A stretch of DNA of 64,000 bases from positions 160,001 through 224,000 of the forward strand of contig CAVRJM010000001.1 in assembly GCA_963722075.1 (NCBI GenBank). Direction: 5' to 3'. Each line of letters starts with the position of its first letter. Position 1 is the first letter of the stretch. The position numbers were made by a program, and so were the translations under genes. Under the pieces are notes generated by a model. It saw only the letters and a list, made by a program, of their open reading frames with translations. It was not told where the DNA came from and did not search any database. Positions 61,800 through 64,000 of this stretch are shown one piece after another. Origin of the DNA: Candidatus Babeliales bacterium. GTDB taxonomy: Bacteria; Babelota; Babeliae; Babelales; JANWKD01.

Positions 61800-64000
61800 C
61801 TATTTTGTTGTAGGATTGAGAATTCGTAATAATTGTAATAACGCTTCTCGCTGGTCTTCTTCGGTTTCCTGTTCCTGGTAACTTGCAGCCGACGAGTTGG
61901 TATGTAAAATATTTGATGGTTGTTGTGCATATAAGCCTATTATTTGGGCAGTATTACTTGTTGTTAATGTTGTTGTATTAGGATTTGTTGCAACTATATG
62001 TTCTTCTTGTTGTTCTGTGCGATTAGTTGTGTTGGTAGATGCTGCACCAATATCATGATAGTAGCTAAGATGTCTGTCTAAAAAATCCTGAAAGCTATAT
62101 GTATAGTTACCTGAGCATAAATGGCATGTAAATTGACCTTTATGATCATCGGCATGTTTATTGCGGCAATGGTGCTGGTAAGATTTATAAGTGACAAACG
62201 GTTTTAAACAAGCTGAACTGTATGCGCAATGGATATCTTCATTAATATGAGTTAGCATATGTGTTTTTATCCATTCGGTATTCGTTTCTATATTACAATT
62301 TTTGATAGTACAAATACATTTTTTATCTGAATTGGGCGCATCGATTGTATGTTCTTGTACCATATGGTTTATTAAATCTGGAAGTTTCTTAGTAACATGA
62401 CAATTTGGACACTTAAATATGTTACACTTCCATCTATCGGTTTGGTGATTATTGTGGTTAACGTCTATGGTTACTGTATTATTGGATTGTTGCTCAGGCC
62501 GTTGAGCTACTGTTGTTTCTTCTTCTTCAGGTTCTTCAGAGCGATTGATCAACTGTGTGGGTATTTCTCGAATACTTGCAGGGATAACATAATGGTTCTT
62601 ATGATATCGTGCCAAATGTATTATTAGTGAGGGAAGAAAGTTGAACGATATGTGGCATTCTTTATTAGGGCATATACGTTTTGTTTTCTCAGTGGCATGA
62701 ATTTTTTTAACATGGTTATTATGATTATCGAATGTGTGAAGTTCTTTTGAGCAGTACATGCAAGTAAAATTTTCTTTAATGTGTGTTTTCAAATGTTGCT
62801 TAATACTTCTCATTAATTGGTCACTATCATTGTTTACAAAGGTTTTATTACATTTGTTGCATTTATATTGTCCTTCAGATTTAATAGTGTGATCTTGTAA
62901 CATATGCTCTACTAATGCATAATATTTCATAGGGTTTTGTAAACATCCTGTGCAGGGGCAACTGAATAAGATAAAATAATGATAATCGTAGTACTCCTGC
63001 GGTGTATGGTAATAGGTAGAGCCCACTTGCGCGGGATCTAATGTTTTTGCAAAAAATGTCTTATAATTAGTATCATGATACCGTGCCATATGTATTATTA
63101 AAAAAGGAAGAAATGTTAACTTTAGGTTGCAATTTTGTTCAGGACATTGAAACGTGTTACTTTTAATGGCATGGTTATATTTACAATGTTTATAATACGT
63201 ACTTAATTTATAAAATTCTTCTGAGCAATACATACAAATGAAATGTTCGTTAATATATGTTTTCAGATGTTGTTTAGTATCTTTTATTAATTGCTTCTCA
63301 TTATTGTTTTCAATTGTTGTATGACATTTGTTGCACGTATATTGTCCTTCAGATTTAGTAGTATGATCTTGTAACATATGCTTTACCAATGCATAATATT
63401 TCATATTTTTGCTTGGGCATTTCAAGGGACAATCAAATGAAATAGAAAAATGATGGTCGTAATATTCTTGTGCTATTTTTTCTTCAAGATGAGTGGTGTT
63501 ATCCGTAGCAGACATCGTATTAGTAGTTATTACCGGTGGTGTTTGCTCTTCTTGCTGTGCTCTGGGATTAGATATATTAATAGGTGTTATGCTACGTTGT
63601 GCCACATCTTGATAGCTGCCTCTTTGTAAAGAGTCAGGAAACGTAAATGTATCGTTACTGCTTGGGCATTCAAATGTGTTAGACATACATCGATTAATTG
63701 TGGAATCACTACTATTATCAGTAACCATGGGGGTTAATGCGTTATTGTGTTGTTCAGCTTGCTCGGCTATTTCTTCAAGTTGGGTAAAAAAGTCATTTAA
63801 TTCTCCAAAGTCATCCATATTATAAATATCGTCATCTGCAAATATTGATTGAGGAGGCGTTAGTATGGTGGTATTGATATCATTATCAATTGATTCTTGC
63901 TGGTTATTAGTTGTACCATGACTCGTATTAGTTGAAGCATTTTGTATAGCTTCTGTTGGACGTTTTCTTTTACGGTAATTGTTTGTTCTAGTGGTGTTAT
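61800..64000 (-). CDS. Large C2H2 zinc-finger protein (about 12 fingers); start lies beyond the window
   Basis: Frame is open from 63998 (NTTRTNNYRKRKRP...DDDIYN-MDDF); three tandem four-finger modules. Confidence 0.88.
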   Translation of the reverse strand, partial: NTTRTNNYRKRKRPTEAIQNASTNTSHGTTNNQQESIDNDINTTILTPPQSIFADDDIYNMDDFGELNDFFTQLEEIAEQAEQHNNALTPMVTDNSSDSTINRCMSNTFECPSSNDTFTFPDSLQRGSYQDVAQRSITPINISNPRAQQEEQTPPVITTNTMSATDNTTHLEEKIAQEYYDHHFSISFDCPLKCPSKNMKYYALVKHMLQDHTTKSEGQYTCNKCHTTIENNNEKQLIKDTKQHLKTYINEHFICMYCSEEFYKLSTYYKHCKYNHAIKSNTFQCPEQNCNLKLTFLPFLIIHMARYHDTNYKTFFAKTLDPAQVGSTYYHTPQEYYDYHYFILFSCPCTGCLQNPMKYYALVEHMLQDHTIKSEGQYKCNKCNKTFVNNDSDQLMRSIKQHLKTHIKENFTCMYCSKELHTFDNHNNHVKKIHATEKTKRICPNKECHISFNFLPSLIIHLARYHKNHYVIPASIREIPTQLINRSEEPEEEETTVAQRPEQQSNNTVTIDVNHNNHQTDRWKCNIFKCPNCHVTKKLPDLINHMVQEHTIDAPNSDKKCICTIKNCNIETNTEWIKTHMLTHINEDIHCAYSSACLKPFVTYKSYQHHCRNKHADDHKGQFTCHLCSGNYTYSFQDFLDRHLSYYHDIGAASTNTTNRTEQQEEHIVATNPNTTTLTTSNTAQIIGLYAQQPSNILHTNSSAASYQEQETEEDQREALLQLLRILNPTTK

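Noticed and set aside
56260..64000. Zinc-finger region as eukaryotic contamination
   Set aside because: Genes are intronless, directly follow lysS, have sigma70-like promoters and an AGGAG site (57102 gene), and share the window's repeat family; not fully excluded without reads

Overview
AT-rich bacterial chromosomal window. Gene content and style (many signal-peptide hypothetical proteins, ankyrin/Sel1/C2H2 proteins, membrane MutS-like protein, thyX) suggest a protist-associated intracellular bacterium such as Candidatus Dependentiae/Babelota (TM6); this is an inference. Housekeeping genes (mutY, smpB, thyX, rpmA, secF, rho, murB, trhO, pheT, lspA, pgpA, comF, sbcD, glmU, mreB, rsmA, glmS, rpsI, tadA, gyrB, rapZ, sod, lysS, tRNA-Ser(CGA), tRNA-Thr(CGT)) are interspersed with candidate secreted effectors. 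Highlights: (1) a cluster of four eukaryote-type multi-C2H2 zinc-finger genes, all with a KRKR nuclear-localisation-like motif, flanking a cPLA2/phospholipase-B-like gene; (2) candidate ubiquitin/ESCRT mimics (UIM+PSAP, ankyrin+F-box-like, BC-box-like+ankyrin); (3) a shared Met-acidic motif just after the signal peptide of about 13 hypothetical proteins; (4) a polymorphic toxin/immunity pair; (5) a dense family of nested palindromic repeats that also abut both tRNA CCA ends; (6) several interrupted reading frames, including tadA broken at an A_AAA_AAC site and one gene with two in-frame TAG codons. No CRISPR array, rRNA or transposase was seen.
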